A stretch of 64,000 bases of DNA from Octopus sinensis (GCF_006345805.1 NC_043000.1:80414001-80478000); one strand, 5' to 3'. Shown: positions 9,702 to 24,032, counted from the first letter of the stretch. Notes: generated by a model not told the origin, from the letters alone. Translations and numbers: made by a program.

Positions 9702-12700
9702 GTACATTCATGCATATGTATCCTGGATAGATGTGTACGGGAGGGTTAGAGTGAAGCTATGGGCTGGTAAGTTATGCAGATTGCAGATACATTTAAAGGA
9801 GGGTAGAGGTTGATAAGAGATAGGAAATGGTGGTGCCAGATTGAGAGGAGTGTTGTAGAATTGTTCCCTGGAAAAGCGACATGGAGGAATGGTAAGTGGG
9901 TAAAGAAAGGAAGATGGTTAGTAGTGGGGCAGGTACTGATGAGACAGTGGAGTGTGGTTGACATCATGGGGGGTGAGTGTGAGTGGTCTCAGCTATAGTC
10001 ATAGGGTACCTACATTTTTCGAAACGATGGTTTATATACTGAGAAAAGCATCTTAAAGTCATTGGTACAAATATTCCAAAGAATATCAAATCTAATGGAT
10101 TTGGCATCATTTTATAATTCCACACTTCATGTGTACTCTTTTCTGTCTTTTAATTTTTCTTTATATTTTTTCTATTCTTCAAATTCTCAGCTGTCTTAAG
10201 ACTAATATATGTGTGTGCATTTGTTTAAGGGTTGATCAATGATATCTAAGCCTTCCTCTCTCTTCTCCCTAGTTTTTTCTTTCTATCATCTCTATTTACT
10301 AGAGGCCTTTGTGTACACATATGTATGAATGTGTGATGTACAAACAACTATTTACAAATTCTCCCTTTCAACTTTTCTGTGTATTCATCTTATGCTTTTC
10401 TGCTGACCGTGGCTAAAGGCTTGTGTTTGTGCATAGATGTGCTTGTTTGTACAACTGAAGATCAAATAATTATTAGCCTTTATCTTCTTACTGTCCAACC
10501 ACTCATATGTTTTCAGCCATCTGCCATTGCAGCAAAAGATTTTTCAATGGTAAGTAGCTGCTTTATCAATTTGAGGAGCTGACTATACATTAAATAAACC
10601 TTGGAGTAACAGGCTACTGGATCAACCAAAATAAGTTACTTCATTCAGTCATGGTATTAAGTACTTTTCTTAAAACAAATGAGTGTATCCTGAAAGAGAC
10701 AGGCTTCTGTTAAAGACCTGCAAAACTTTAAGTCACTTGGAACTGAATCAAACTGTTTAAATGATAAATAATAAATATATATATAAACTGTTCTACTTTG
10801 ATTACTCTCTGTTACTACTAAAAGTTTCCTGAATATCACTGGTCATGTAACAAGAATACATATATTTACAATCTACTTTTGTATTAAGTACTTAACCCCT
10901 ACCACATGCACACGCGTGCGCGTGCACACACACACACACGTATATTTTTTTGCTTTTTAGTGATTTCATTCACAAACCATGTCTAAAATTCTCATGAATG
11001 TACACCTATTAACCCAACAAATAATTACTCTGCAGTCTTTGAGCAAATTATTTGAAAATTTATTACTAAATCAGGTTTGTTTGCAGTTCGTTTTTATTTA
11101 ATTATTTTTCCTTTGAAATATGGACTATTATACACTATAGAATATTTTAGCACTACAACTTACAGATAAATTTATTTTACACAATCGCACGATAATCTCA
11201 TTGATAGGTCTTTATTTTCTTTTCATCAAATCAAAAATATTATCTATTTTCTATAAATAACTTAATTACCTTTCTGATCCATACATCCATATGTGCTACG
11301 ATTTTCATTGCTTTTCTTTATTTTCTTCAAACTTTCTTTGTCTCTGAGGTCTCAAACCCTTTATTCAGTTTGTTTCTTCAAAAATCAAAATAGACATCTG
11401 CCTACAGATCATAAATAAATTAAATCTGTCCCTTTGACCATTGACCAAATACATTACACATCGATTGATTTTCTATTATAAAATCACCAATAATTTCTCT
11501 ATAGTTCTTGTTTGAAAATGTTTAAATTATTAATTATAGAACATTATGATCGATTTATTGTGTTCTAATAAAAATCTTGTCTTCCCCACCCTACCATCTT
11601 CACACCTACAAAACCATCCAAATTGTCCATTTTTGTTTAGTATCCACTTTCTGTAAATTTTTTTTTCTGCTTTTCTCATTTTTTTCTTCCACTTTCATAC
11701 TATCCTCTACCCAGTTCTTACTAGAAAATATCTGGAAATGTTTTCAAAATTCTTCGAACAATAAAAAAAAAAACAATGAAAACGCATAAGGCAGAAACTT
11801 CAAGTAACTTTACAAAATTTCCAGGCAGTATAAATATTTAATTCTAAATTTGTATTGAATTTGTTACTCATTTCTTGTTTCTTTAAATAACAACAACAAC
11901 AGCAATAATAATTTTCGAGACATTTATCATTATGTGCCTAAGTGTTAGGCTTGATATCTCTCAGTTTCAATGTTCTCATCATGCTGCGATACTGTCACTA
12001 AATCAAAATGTAAACTTAGAAAGGAGTTAACAGATACCATTGCAAAGAATTTTGACTTACACAAATTAGTAGACAGTCTCAATCTGTATGTGTGACAGTG
12101 GAAGCTATAAACATATTTTTACAGACATAAACACACACACACATACACACATTCACAAAAGCATATATATATTTGTGTGGATATAAGTTTATATCATGTG
12201 TATGTGCACATGTGTGTGTGTTTGTGTTTGTGTGTGTGTGTGCGTGTGTGTGCATAAAATGAATGAGGGAAAGAGAAGATGGATGTAGCAAGAATCTTTA
12301 TTCAGCACAATGATCGTTTTGACCCATCTTGCATCCATGCCTTATGAGTGGGATATAGTACATCTAGTTGTGTTGCATCCATCAAAGACACATTACTACA
12401 TATATTGAGTTTTACTTGGCATGTTGTTGCTGCCCATAGTGTTGATTACACTAAAAAGATACAAAATAAGAACGTGTGTGGTGTTACATTAAATATGCCA
12501 AGAATTATATAGAAGCACAACAAATGGAACAAATGGAAGATACATGCTTATGATGTTCCTAAATGCTCATCAGTTATCATCCAAAGGATCATAACAATTT
12601 CATGCCTTTAATGATAATATTGTTTACTCTGTTGACGTTAGCAACAAAAAGCTGCTGGGAAATAGTTAACAAACAAGGGACAGAAATGGAGACAAACATG

Positions 12701-13375
12701 ACAGAATGTGAACATACAAACAAAATGAAACGAATTTAGATTATAGAAACAAAATGATATAAAATAAGGCCTTGTGGCTCAAGATGAAATTAATAACAAA
12801 TGGACAAGGGACAGAGACAGAAACAAACATGACAGAATGTGAACATACAAACAAAATGAAATAAGATGATATACATTATACAAACAAAATAAGGCTTTGT
12901 AGCTCAAACACAAGATAAATATATGGGTAACACCAGGAAAAGTGTCCTAAAGGATTGGAAATGGAAAGAACAGTGGTGAGACAACAAACCATGTTGAAAG
13001 TGGAAGACAAGAGAAATGTGACTGATTGCCTTGGCAATCAGGCATAAAAAGGAAATGGAGAAGAGAGATGAGTATGACCACAAGTCATGTGGCAGTGGGA
13101 GGAGGGAGAAAAAATGGTAGAGGGCAAAGGGAAACAGAGAGCAATGAAGAGGGAAGCAAAGAGAGAGAGAGAGGAACTATTCAATAATTAGATGCAGAAA
13201 TGATATATTTATATTATTTAATAAAAACACAATAACTCTTATAAACTAGTCTTGTTTCCTTCTGTAAAGAATTTTTCAAAGTCTGGTTAAATCTGGAAAA
13301 GTTCAGGACTTATATCAAGCAGGGTAGTTTTGGGTAGGACTGGGGATTAGTCATTCATTGACATGGTCTATCAGC

Positions 13376-13412
<37 letters not shown>

Positions 13413-13751
13413 TATAAGTGCTATAAGTGGAAATGCAGTGGAAGCGGGAGAAAAAAGGATGAGATATATTGATGTATTAGTACCTATGCTGAGAAATTGA
13501 AAAAAAAGGACTGTCTATGATAAATACCATATTTTCTGACATATAGTTCTTATGTAGTATATATATTGTAAACATGTAGTGTAAACATGTAGTGTAAACA
13601 TTCAGTCAAATATTATCACTATCTTTACAAAGCTTGCTGCATCTGACATGGAATATTTGGTCTTCCAAAGCTGTCTTGGTATATAAGTCAACCTTCCTTT
13701 TTTGGCTGTCAATTTTAGTCCCCAAAATTTCACTTGTATGCTCGAAAATAT

Positions 13752-13752
<1 letters not shown>

Positions 13753-13820
<68 letters not shown>

Positions 13821-13835
13821 TGTGTGTGTGTGTGT
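13753..13835. repeat. (TG)n microsatellite
   Basis: Direct reading. Confidence 0.97.
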
Positions 13836-14689
13836 AACAGAAATAAGGAAAGAGTTTTAGATTTTATTAGATATTAAACATACTTTCAAGTTAATGTATA
13901 AATAAATAAGAACGTTCAAAAGTTAATTATTGTTGAACCATTAAGTCACAAAGAAACTTTTAGATTTTTAAGTTAATGAATAAATAAAAAGTATTTAATT
14001 ATTAAATCAGGGAAATCTTTCTTCAGGTAATGACTACAAAACAATTATGCTATTAAATCAGAAATAACAATCTTAAGTTAATAATTACTAAGTAATTAAA
14101 TCAGTAATAACATGTTTAATTAAATAGAGAAATGTGAAAAAAATTTTACTTGTGGATTTAGATTGAGGTATACTTTTTTCAAGCTTATGAATAAATAACA
14201 TTTTTATATTTAGAGGATGCTAAAAAAGGGGAATGCACAAAAATAAAGGAGAAGAAAGATTAAAACAAAATTTTGTTGACAAAGTAGAGGTTAGTTAGTT
14301 TGTATAAAGAGTTATAACCAGGGACTTAAATTCTAGATTGAACAAGTATATTTTTAATTTAATGAAAACAAATGTGGCAAAGCCGTTCCTGAGTTTTGAA
14401 CCATTGTGTTCAGGTTCCCCAGTTCAGGACTACAGGCTACAAAGCTAAAACGAAGGCAAGGGCCTAATTGGAAAAATTAATTCCATCACCATTAAAGGCA
14501 TTAATGACTGCATAAATATGACTCAACTAATTAGCATTAGCTAACTTGTTATGGTTGATGTGGTGAACTTCAAAGGAAGTATGTAAGTTTTCCCATCAGT
14601 TCTAGAAAATTTGCTTATGTTTATAAAAAGTTAGTGAACTCAACACTATACTAGAGTCATCCAACAGTCCATAGAAAGCCATGTCACTT

Positions 14690-14840
14690 TGCTCTGTGAG
14701 ATGGTCTCTCACCTTCTTCCCAACCTCATGGTTCCAGGTTCATTTCCTCTGTATGACACCTTGAACAGGTGTCTTCTGCTATAGCCTCAGGCTGACCAAA
14801 GCCTTGTGAGTAGATTTGGTAGATGGAAACTTAAAGTCTG
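14690..14840 (+). mobile_element. 5' portion of tRNA-derived SINE (CORE-like domain)
   Basis: ccttgaacaggtgtcttctgctatagcc...ccaaagccttgtgagtagatttggtag matches the 47566-47977 family. Confidence 0.7.
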
Positions 14841-14869
14841 TCATATATATATATATATATATTGTGCTG

Positions 14870-15296
14870 GTGGCACATAAGGAATATCTTTTGAATGTTG
14901 GGCCTCAAGCATTGGGCCTCACAGAGGCTAAGTGGCTGAGTTCTTTTTGAGTGTTGGACCTCACGGAGGTAATGACCAAGACCTTTGGCATTATGTTGTA
15001 CTTGAGAAGTTGAACAAAATAGTAGTCGTGGCAGATACCGGTGTCATGCAAATTGGCACCAATGCTGGTGGCATGTAAACGAACCCTGGTCTCATACAAA
15101 TGGCACACGTACTGGTGTCATGTAAAATTACACTCTCAGAGTGGTTGATGTAGGGAGGACATCCAGCTGTAGAAAACCATGCCAAATCAGACTGGAGTCT
15201 GGTGCAGCTTTCCAGCATGCCAGCCCAGTCAAACTGTCCAACCCATGCCAGCATGAATGATGGACATTAAATGATGATGATGATGATGATGATGAT
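14870..15296 (+). mobile_element. RTE-type LINE 3' tail ending in (GAT)n
   Basis: catccagctgtagaaaac...ccaacccatgccagcatg...(atg)n, homologous to the tails at 50900 and 54911. Confidence 0.7.
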
Positions 15297-15297
15297 G

Positions 15298-16172
15298 CAG
15301 GGTGTAGTGAATAAATTGTTGTCTAAATTACACAAAAAGGAAAATAACACTGACATCTCATTTTAACAGATATATTTATCAAATTACAGAAAAATATCTT
15401 GAAGTACTGAACAGTAAATTAATTCAATAAAATCGCCATTGGATTCAACTATGGCCTCCAGACGACTTCGGAATCTCCTGCAACTCTTCTTGATGGTCTT
15501 GTTTAAGTTGGTGAATGCAGCCCTAATCCTTGCCTTCAGTTTATCTTTGGAGATACAAAGAGTTTTGTTGGTTTCTTACTCAACTGCATGTCACACATAA
15601 TAATGAACAAAGTTGCAGTCTGAGAAGTTAGGTGGCCAAATGTTAGGTCACAGAAATTGTCTGACAACCTTGACCAGGTTCACTTGCTTGTGTGGCATTG
15701 CACAGAGTCCTTTTGCCAGACATAGAGTCTTCCAACAGCCACCCTCTTGACCCAGAGCAACACTACCTCCTCCAGGCACTTGGTATAGGCTTCTGTGTTG
15801 AGTCTGAGGCTGTGTGGCAAGATGAATGGAGGCATAACATCGCCATCATGAGTGATCATTCCAAACACGAATATGTTGACTGGATGTTTGATTTTTATCA
15901 CTCTCAGTACATGTCCTCAGATTTCACTGTCCTTAGATTCACACCTAAACACTCTGAGGTGTTTGTATCAGAGCTTGTGGGCCAAATGCCAAGCAGTACA
16001 GTATGTTGTTCCCAAATTTCTGGCAGAGTGAATTGTATCGTGGTGCTGTTTTTCTCACAGATGGTGCCCAATTGACCCTACTGCATTGTGTAGTCAACAA
16101 AATCAAACTCAAACAATGCACATGCATGAAATTAAAAATATAAAATAGCGACAATTCACCCATCACACCCTG
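15298..16172 (-). mobile_element. Internally deleted Tc1/mariner-superfamily transposon
   Basis: CAGGGTG...CACCCTG termini; transposase fragment KHPVNIFVFGMITHDGDVMPPF...YVWQKDSVQCH (15680-15901). Confidence 0.8.
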
Positions 16173-16180
16173 TATGTATG

Positions 16181-16214
<34 letters not shown>

Positions 16215-16220
16215 TGTATG

Positions 16221-16256
<36 letters not shown>

Positions 16257-16261
16257 TACAG

Positions 16262-16289
<28 letters not shown>

Positions 16290-16296
<7 letters not shown>

Positions 16297-17212
16297 CCTT
16301 TGTATTTGTGTTTGTCCCCTCATTACTGCTTGACAACTGGTGTTGGTGTGTTTACGGCCCCATAAGTAAATGGTTCAGCAAAAGAGACCAATACAGGGTG
16401 GCCACAAAGTCATGCACCATGGGAGATATCAAGTATGCTTCATTAGCAATGGAGTAGGTGATCCATTACAAATGTTCAAAGTGTTAGTTATGTATCTCTA
16501 AACAAGTGTTTATATGGAATTTGAAATTGTGATGAACTTTCTCAAATAGCTCTTCATTGCCATTGATTAGTTCACATGCTTCAACAATTTTTTGAAGATG
16601 TTCTTGGTCACGAATCTTTTCAGAATGCACAAGGGATTTAATGTAGCCCTAGAAGAGAAAGTCCAGGGCAGTTAAATCTGGTGACTATGGTGCCCACTCA
16701 GTTGGGCCTGTGACACCTAAGTCATCTCCCTAGAAAATATTCATTCAGAAAATCACAAGCTTGTAATGCATAGCTGGGTGGAGCTCCATCCTGCTGAAAC
16801 CAGACAAGATTTCCCCTTCCAAGCGAATGCACGTAAGGCATCATCTTGTTGCCAAGCATGTCCAAATACGAATCACCTGTCACAGAGCTCTCAAAATAAA
16901 ATGGTCCAATTACTTGATTGTGACAAATCCCACACCACACCATTAACTTGCCCCCACCTTATTGATTATCTGCCTCCATCCAATGAGGATTGGTTTATGA
17001 GTAATATCAGCAGTTGTGAAAAGAAATAAAAAAGAGAATATTAGCAATTTCACATATTGCAGGATGGTGTGTGGCTTTATGGCCACCCTGTAGAATAAGT
17101 ACCAGGCTTAAGAAATAATTCCTTGGGTCGATTTGTTTGGCTAAAAGAAACCTTTCAAGGTGGTGTTCCAGCATGGCTGCAGTGAAATAGATGAAACAAG
17201 TAAAAGAATAAA
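16290..17212 (+). mobile_element. SINE 3' half interrupted by a Tc1-like insertion
   Basis: SINE sequence aaagagaccaaTA|gaataagtac is split at 16393/17091. Confidence 0.75.
16394..17090 (-). mobile_element. Tc1-like transposon derivative with TIRs and TA target duplication
   Basis: TA-cagggtggccacaaag...ctttatggccaccctg-TA; ORF 16722-16943 MVWCGI...IGPFYF...WFQQDGAP. Confidence 0.88.
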
Positions 17213-17407
17213 AGAATCCTTGTGTAAGTTTTGACAGAAAATACAGACATTGTGTCATAATTCCAAATTATGCACAAATAATTTACATGCAGTAGTTTTA
17301 ACTCTTTCTATTTACTCTGTCTTCAATAATTATGAAATACTTTCATATAGTTATATGATGTATTGTATCACAGAAAACTTAACTACTCCTTTCATAGTCT
17401 CATGAGG

Positions 17408-17900
17408 TGGCACATGGCTTAGTGGTTAGGGTGTTGGACTCATGATCATAAGACCATGGTTTCAATTCCTGAACCTGGCAATGCATTGTGTTCTTGAGCA
17501 AAACACTTCATTCCATGTTGCTCCAGTCCACTAAGCTGGAAAAAATGAGTGATCCTGCGATGGACAGGCATCCCATCCAGGTGGGGAATTTATATGCCAC
17601 GGAAAGTAGGACACTGGCCCTAATGAGTCAGTATGACTCAAGAACGTAACTTCATCTTTTAGTGGAAGCATATAACTTAGTGGTTAAGATGTTGGACTCA
17701 TGATTGTAAGGTTGTGGTTTGGATTCCTGGACTGGGCAATGCATTGTATTGTTGAGCAAAGCACTTCATTTCACGTTGCCCCAGCCCATTCAGCTGGCAA
17801 AAATGAGTAATCTTGAAATGGACCAGCATTTCATCCAGGTGGAGAATTTATATGCTGTGGAAACTGGAAAACTGGTCCTTATGAGTCAGTATGACTCATG
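17408..17900 (+). mobile_element. Head-to-tail pair of tRNA-derived SINEs
   Basis: Two related units (~17408-17640, ~17668-17900) with A-box/B-box-like heads (tggcttagtggttag; ggtttcaattcc) and ttgagcaaaacacttca. Confidence 0.75.
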
Positions 17901-18519
17901 AAGGAAAGCTTTACCTTTACTTTACCTTATTGTCTTATGAATGTTGCTCTTGTACCAGTAAATCAAATATTTGCATACATAAATATAAACATTCTGGGAG
18001 AATGAAAATATTTGAAAACTCATATGAATATTAGTTTGGTCATTCTCACCTTCACATGCAGCCTACTTAATACTCTGATGTACCAATGACAAATTAATTA
18101 TTAAGAAATACACTAAAAGAAGAACAACCAGTAAAATGTCTTTAAGTTAATATGAAGAAGAATTAAATCAGGGAATTTCTTAAATTAACATGTAGTGAAT
18201 GAGGAAAGAATTATAGCTAGAATTCTGGATTTTAAAAATATCATCTAACGTTGAAGTAATAATGTTGAACTAATTAAAGATTGTTAATAATATTAAGGAA
18301 GATAATGAATAAAGAATAACAACCAGGGCGAAAAAAATTCTGAAGGTAATACGTGAGCACGTTCTTAAGTTAATATTTATTAAATAATTACATTGGGGAA
18401 ATGCTTGAGTTAATATTTAATAAATGAGGCAGGGGAGTAGCAGTAGTAGTGGTGGTGGTAGTGGCAGAAGCAGTGGTGGGAGGAGGAGGAGGGTATAAAT
18501 AATAAGCTTTGCAATGAAA

Positions 18520-19428
18520 GAATCTTAAATGTGCAACATTTCCGAAAACTCTGCAATGGCAATGGTTCTCCAACAAATTTGCCTTATTGTTTGGGATGAG
18601 TGCACTGTTACACTGTGGAGTTCCAGAGGTACTTGACCATACCCTCCAAGACATAAAAGCCAATAGCACGCTCATGGGAGGAGTAACATTTCTTCTTGCA
18701 GGAGATTTTCATCAAGTGTTGCCAGTTATACCCAAAGGATCAAAAGCTGATGAGGTTAATGCATGTTTCAAAAAATCATACCTTTGAAGACATGTGAAAA
18801 AAACTTCATCTTACAAGCAACATCAAAATACTTCTACAAGGTGATCATACAAGTTTCTTAAGATTGGTAATGGGATATTAGCATTTAACTCAAGGCTTCA
18901 GCTACATGAAATTACATGGGGTCAAATGATACTTTCTCTTAGGGATCTTATGGATAAAGTATTTCCTAATTTATCTGTCAATTACACCGATGTAAACTGG
19001 CTATATGAAAGAGCTATACTAGGTCCCTCTAATGAAATGGTTGATAAACTCAATCAGGAACTTCTTTAAAAGTTAACAGCTACATCAGAAATTACTTTTC
19101 AATCAATTGACAATGGTTGATTATAATCAGGTTGTTCAATACCCTGTTGAATTTCTGAACACACATTATGTTGCTTGCTTGTGAGTTGGAAGCAGCAACA
19201 ATTTATTCATTTTGACACCAACAAAAAAAATACACAATGAATATAGTTTACCCCAAGGTTCTTCAACATTGACAGATTTTCAGTTCGAAATTCTATCATT
19301 GCAATTTGGATATTTTTAATAAAATATAGATATTTTGAAATAATTATGAGAATATGTCTTTATATTTATTGTTTGTTAATCTAAATAAGAACAGCAGTAA
19401 CCAAGGCAATGCCGGGTCATTCAATTAG
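18520..19428 (+). mobile_element. Helitron 3' remnant (PIF1 helicase pseudogene plus terminus)
   Basis: LIVWDECT (Walker B); DHTLQDI...MGGVTFLLAGDFHQVLPVIPKGSKADEVNAC; 3' end ggcaatgccgggtcattcaattagt (degenerate hairpin plus CTAG-like end). Confidence 0.85.
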
Positions 19429-20263
19429 TATGTATATAAATGCAACTCCATCTATATGAAGAAGAAGAAGGGGAAGAAGAAGACGATGATGATTACAATG
19501 ACGATGATGATGATGGCAATAATCATGATCGTGATGATTACAGAATTTATATCATAAATCTCAAAAAAATTTACATAGGCAAACTCACACAAATACTTAC
19601 ATATACATACTTACACATATACATGTACACACACAACACATGCATCCACATGCACGCATGCATACACACACACACCCCAGCTATAGTTTATAACACTTCA
19701 GCTGTGAAAAATAAACAAATGTAAATACATTTTGTTATTGCTCTTTGTACACAATAAGCTTATCCTGCCATGTTCCATGACTTGTTTGTCACACTTCAAA
19801 AAACAAAGTACTTATCATTCTTATTCAATGAAGTGAACTTGATAGCAATTACTATTTAAATTATACACAAACCAACTGAAATGACTTGTCTAATTTGTGT
19901 GTCAGAAAACACTTTCTAGAGCAGAGCAATTTGTGGAAGCATATTTGATCAATTGAAACTTGCAGCCTTTCTACATGGACTTGAAATTAGGGGGAAAAAT
20001 GTCTGCTGGGGAAAAAATCTGGAGAGAAGGGGTGCTTAAATGAGGGGAGATTTGCCTCAGGATTTGTCAAAAGGAGTGTGTGAATAGATGTGTTGTCATG
20101 GTGCAGCATCTATACTTTGTTAGTTCGTACCTCAGGGCTCTTCATTTGAACTCTCTGAATCATTTCAAGACAACCAAGTAAACCTCTGTATTGTCTGACA
20201 TGGAACAAACTGATGATGAAGGATTTACCTACCAATAAGAGAAAAGTGATTAATATGAGGTGA

Positions 20264-20570
20264 AGGCACATGGCTTAGTGGTTATGGGTATTCAGGTCAC
20301 GATCTTAAGGTCAAGAGATCTATCACTGGCAGTGCATTGTGTCCATGAGCAAGACACTTTATTTTGTGTTGCTTCAGTCCACTCAGCCGGCAAAAATGAA
20401 TAGTACCTGTATTTCAAAGGGCCATCCTTGTCACATTCTGTGTCATGCTGAATCTCCATGAGAACTACTTTAAGGGTACATGTGTCTGGGAAGTGCTCAG
20501 TCACTTGCAAATTAATTTCATGAGTAGGCTGTTCTGTCGATTGTATCAACTGGAATCCTTATCCTCATAA
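20264..20570 (+). mobile_element. tRNA-derived SINE
   Basis: gaaggcacatggcttagtggtta head; catgagcaagacacttta; cactcagccggcaaaaatg. Confidence 0.75.
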
Positions 20571-20619
20571 CCAATAGAATGCCAGTTTTAAGATTAATAT
20601 CACCTTTATATTTGAGTGG

Positions 20620-21230
20620 ACTTTTCAGTAATCACACATCTCCTAGCTGACTATGACTCACTTATCTTTTTGTTCATCTATCAGAAGATGCAGCACAAAT
20701 AATATAGCAACTCCACACAGAAGTGTTATAAAATCATATGGCAGAGATTTTTTATTGATGCCTTCAATGTCTGGTGCTGGGTGTCACATATCTCAATGTG
20801 CACTTTTATGCTATCCTAATCCATTGTCATGGAAGATCGCATGCAGATTTAGAATTGTCTCCAGGGATGTTATTTCTCATTTGAAACACAGGACCACTTG
20901 TGACATTGTCCATAACTGAAACAATTCTTTACTTTGCCCAGCTATAACATTAGAAAAGTCCTTGTAAAAGTTTTTCCCAATTCAAAACAGAATTTCATAT
21001 AAAAATATTGCTTTCTAGATCCCTCATTGTACAGTTTGTGACAAAATTGTCAAGTGCACTAGATACATTCATTCTAGTGCATGTGGATCAATAACCAATG
21101 GACATGACTTCATGGGCTATTATTAGACTGAAGGCCAAGTTCTCTTGTACATTGCATTACTGCTGTAAATACATTGCATCAACTGGCTAGTATGCAGTTT
21201 AAAAGTTCCATCTATTTTTGGACGCACATT
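20620..21230 (-). mobile_element. Degenerate mariner-like remnant
   Basis: Minus-strand LLIDEQK-like motif and a TIR-like end near 21200-21230; heavily decayed. Confidence 0.35.
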
Positions 21231-21402
21231 GTGCATGTGTGTGCATGCATGACTGTATATATATACATATGTACATCCATCCATCCATCCATCTATCCAT
21301 CCATCCATACATACATACATACATACATACATACACCCATCCATCCATCCATCCATCCATCCATCCATACATACATACATACATACATACATACATACAT
21401 AC

Positions 21403-21960
21403 ATGGTGGCTGCCCCCTCGTTATCGAGTATGGCCATTGCCCGAAGCTTAATGAATGTTGTTATCATGCAATGCCTGTGCAAGAAGATTTTTTTTTATAG
21501 TGAGGAAAGACTGTGCACTGAGTCAATCCAACTCACTAAGCAACAGCAGCCATAATCTGAAAAGAAGAACAAGTCAACATCATCGGTAACCACTGAGCCG
21601 CAGGTTTTATGTTGGAGTCATCCCATTTTCTTGAGTTACCTTCTCCTAGAAGGATGCCCTAACAAAGGCTAAGAGCCCTTCACTCCCAATGGTTTAACCG
21701 CGCGATTGGGTATTCAGTCCGATTATTTCTATGTCTCCGCGCATGATACAGCCTTAAGGCATTTATTGGATGGCCGTTGACTCTCAAGAGTTCCTCTGCC
21801 CTTTGACGGGTTTTGTTTTTCATCCCGCAGGGTGTCCAATAAACACCCTCCTCACCAATCAAGCTTGGTGGGGTTGCCAGTTTAGTCACCAACGACCCGA
21901 CCATGCAACAGGTTGTACTGGGTTACATGTTACTAGTAGCACTCGAAAGTGACCTGACAT
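21403..21960 (-). mobile_element. ~560-bp non-autonomous element embedded in (CATA)n
   Basis: Reverse complement of 49569-50124 over its full length with identical ends. Confidence 0.8.
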
Positions 21961-22472
21961 AACATACATACATACATACATAACATACATACATAACATA
22001 CATACATACATACATATATACTTACATACATACATACATAAAAGGGAAATCTCCATATATTACTTATGCTAGAAGTAAACAGCATATGTTTGGATATTTT
22101 GTTGTTTCTAATTTATTAAGGGTTTGTTTCTTTCTCATTTCTTATTCCAAACTTTCACATACAAGAGATAAAAACCAAAAGGAATGGAAGGCATTATCAG
22201 ATTCCAACATCCCCTTTTCTTAAACTCATGGCTACGTAATCTATACAACAAAAGTTTGGCATTTAAAGGTCCTTGGTTGTACATCCGCCTCCTAAAAAAA
22301 TTACAAAATTTAATTAAAGTCTTCACCCAGAGACTTTTTAAAGAAATGTAAGCGTACTTTGCTCAAACATACCAAGTTAGTATAAAAGGATGCAACTGAA
22401 GAAGAGCTGCCTCCACCAATACATGGATCCACCAACAAGATGTGATACATACATACATACATACATATATAT

Positions 22473-22635
22473 AGGTGCAGGTATGAAGGCACATGGCTGA
22501 GTGGTTAGGTTATTCAGCCCACAATCGTGAGGTTGTGAGTTCAATACCTGGCAGTGTGTTGTATACTTGAGCAAGACACTTTATTTCACATTGTTCCAGC
22601 CCACTCAGCTGGCAAAAATGAGTAGTATCTGTATT
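22473..22635 (+). mobile_element. SINE 5' part
   Basis: Same family as 20264; inverted near-identical copy at ~23230-23348. Confidence 0.75.
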
Positions 22636-22697
22636 CAAATGTCTCTGGAAACTTTAGACCCTTAGTTATGTATATATATATATATATATATATATTG

Positions 22698-22911
22698 CCT
22701 TTTACTTGTTCCAGTCATTAAACTGTGGCCATACTGGGACACTGCCTTGAAAACTTTTAGTCATATGAACTGACGCCAGTAATGTTTTTCTTTTTAAAGA
22801 TTGGTAATTATTCTCTTGATCTCTTTTGCCAAACCACTATTTTATGAGGATGTAAACCCAGCAACACCAGTTGTCAAGCAGTGGTGTGGGACAAGCACAC
22901 ACGCACACACA

Positions 22912-22956
<45 letters not shown>

Positions 22957-23092
22957 AGCCTTCTTTTGCTTTCTATCTATCAAATCCACTCACAAGGCTT
23001 TGGTCAGCCTGGTACTATAGTAGAAGACACTCACCCAAGGTACCATGCAGTGAGACTGAACTTGAAGCCCAGTGCTTGGGAAGCAAACTTCT
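22698..23092 (-). mobile_element. tRNA-derived SINE with internal (CA)n
   Basis: Homologous to 47566-47977. Confidence 0.75.
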
Positions 23093-23107
23093 TATGATGA
23101 TGATGAG

Positions 23108-23345
23108 GGTCAATGGAACAGCCTGCTCTTGAAATTAAGGTGTAAGTGGCTGAGCACACCACAAACACATACTCTTAATGTAGTTCTCAGGTAGATTTAG
23201 CATGACACAGAATGTGACAAGACTGTCTCTTTGAAATACAGATACTACTCATTTTTGCTAGCTGAGTGGGCTGGAACAATGTGAAATAAAGTGTCTTGCT
23301 CAAGTATAACCTAACCACTCAGCCATGTGCCTTCATACCTGCACC

Positions 23346-23348
<3 letters not shown>
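23108..23348 (-). mobile_element. SINE with an internal deletion in its head
   Basis: Reverse complement matches the 22473 head and the 20264-family body. Confidence 0.75.
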
Positions 23349-23377
<29 letters not shown>

Positions 23378-23701
23378 TGTATGTATGTATGTATGTATGT
23401 ATGTATGTATGTATGTATGTGTGTGTATATATGTATGTATAAGTTTGTATATATAAGTATATATATATATAGATGTACTTTGCCCTCTCAAGTCATTTAC
23501 ATTGCTTTCATGTATACCTACCTTAGAATACTGAATATTCCTATCATACATCCAACTTATCACTATTCTTCATACTTCTCTTTTCCATCGTTCATGCTGC
23601 TATCACTCTTGCTTCTCATTCTGAAAAGGGGCCTGGGTGAGCAAGCAGAGATGTAGAGTCTGCTGTTGTCATGAAAAATACACCCAGCACACACTTTGAA
23701 G

Positions 23702-24030
23702 CAGTGGTTCTCAGCCAGAATCCATATGGTCCCTGAGGGGTCCATACAACAAAATAGTAAATTGGGGATCCACAACAGTATTTTGAGCGCCCCTAAAAAA
23801 ATTTTACTTTAGATGTATGCATTGGTATGTATTGCAAGAAACAGCTAGGTGTCTTTCTCTGACATTTTACATAGTTCAACCTACACAACTTAATGTGTTG
23901 AAAACAAAATAGGAATTTTGTAAGAAGTTACTATGAAACTAGTGTTTAAACATCAAATGGCTATGAAGGTACACCAGAAGAAACTAACAATCAAAGAGAT
24001 CTACAGATAAAAAATGGCTGAGAAACCCCG
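23702..24030. mobile_element. hAT-type MITE
   Basis: TIRs cagtggttctcagcc / ggctgagaaaccccg (Charlie-like CAGTGGTTCTC); partial 8-bp TSD ctttgaag/ctttaa. Confidence 0.6.
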
Positions 24031-24032
24031 CT

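Noticed and set aside
10640-10760. Possible minus-strand exon FDSVPSDLKFCRSLTEACLFQD
   Set aside because: No convincing donor site, no recognisable homology, and other frames are closed
17408-17480. tRNA-like A/B-box sequences at SINE heads
   Set aside because: No complete cloverleaf; they continue into SINE body sequence, so they are not tRNA genes
21680-21904. 74-85-codon ORF open in both copies of the ~560-bp element (also 49625-49882)
   Set aside because: About 11 of 70 residues differ, mostly non-conservatively, consistent with neutral drift in a stop-poor frame
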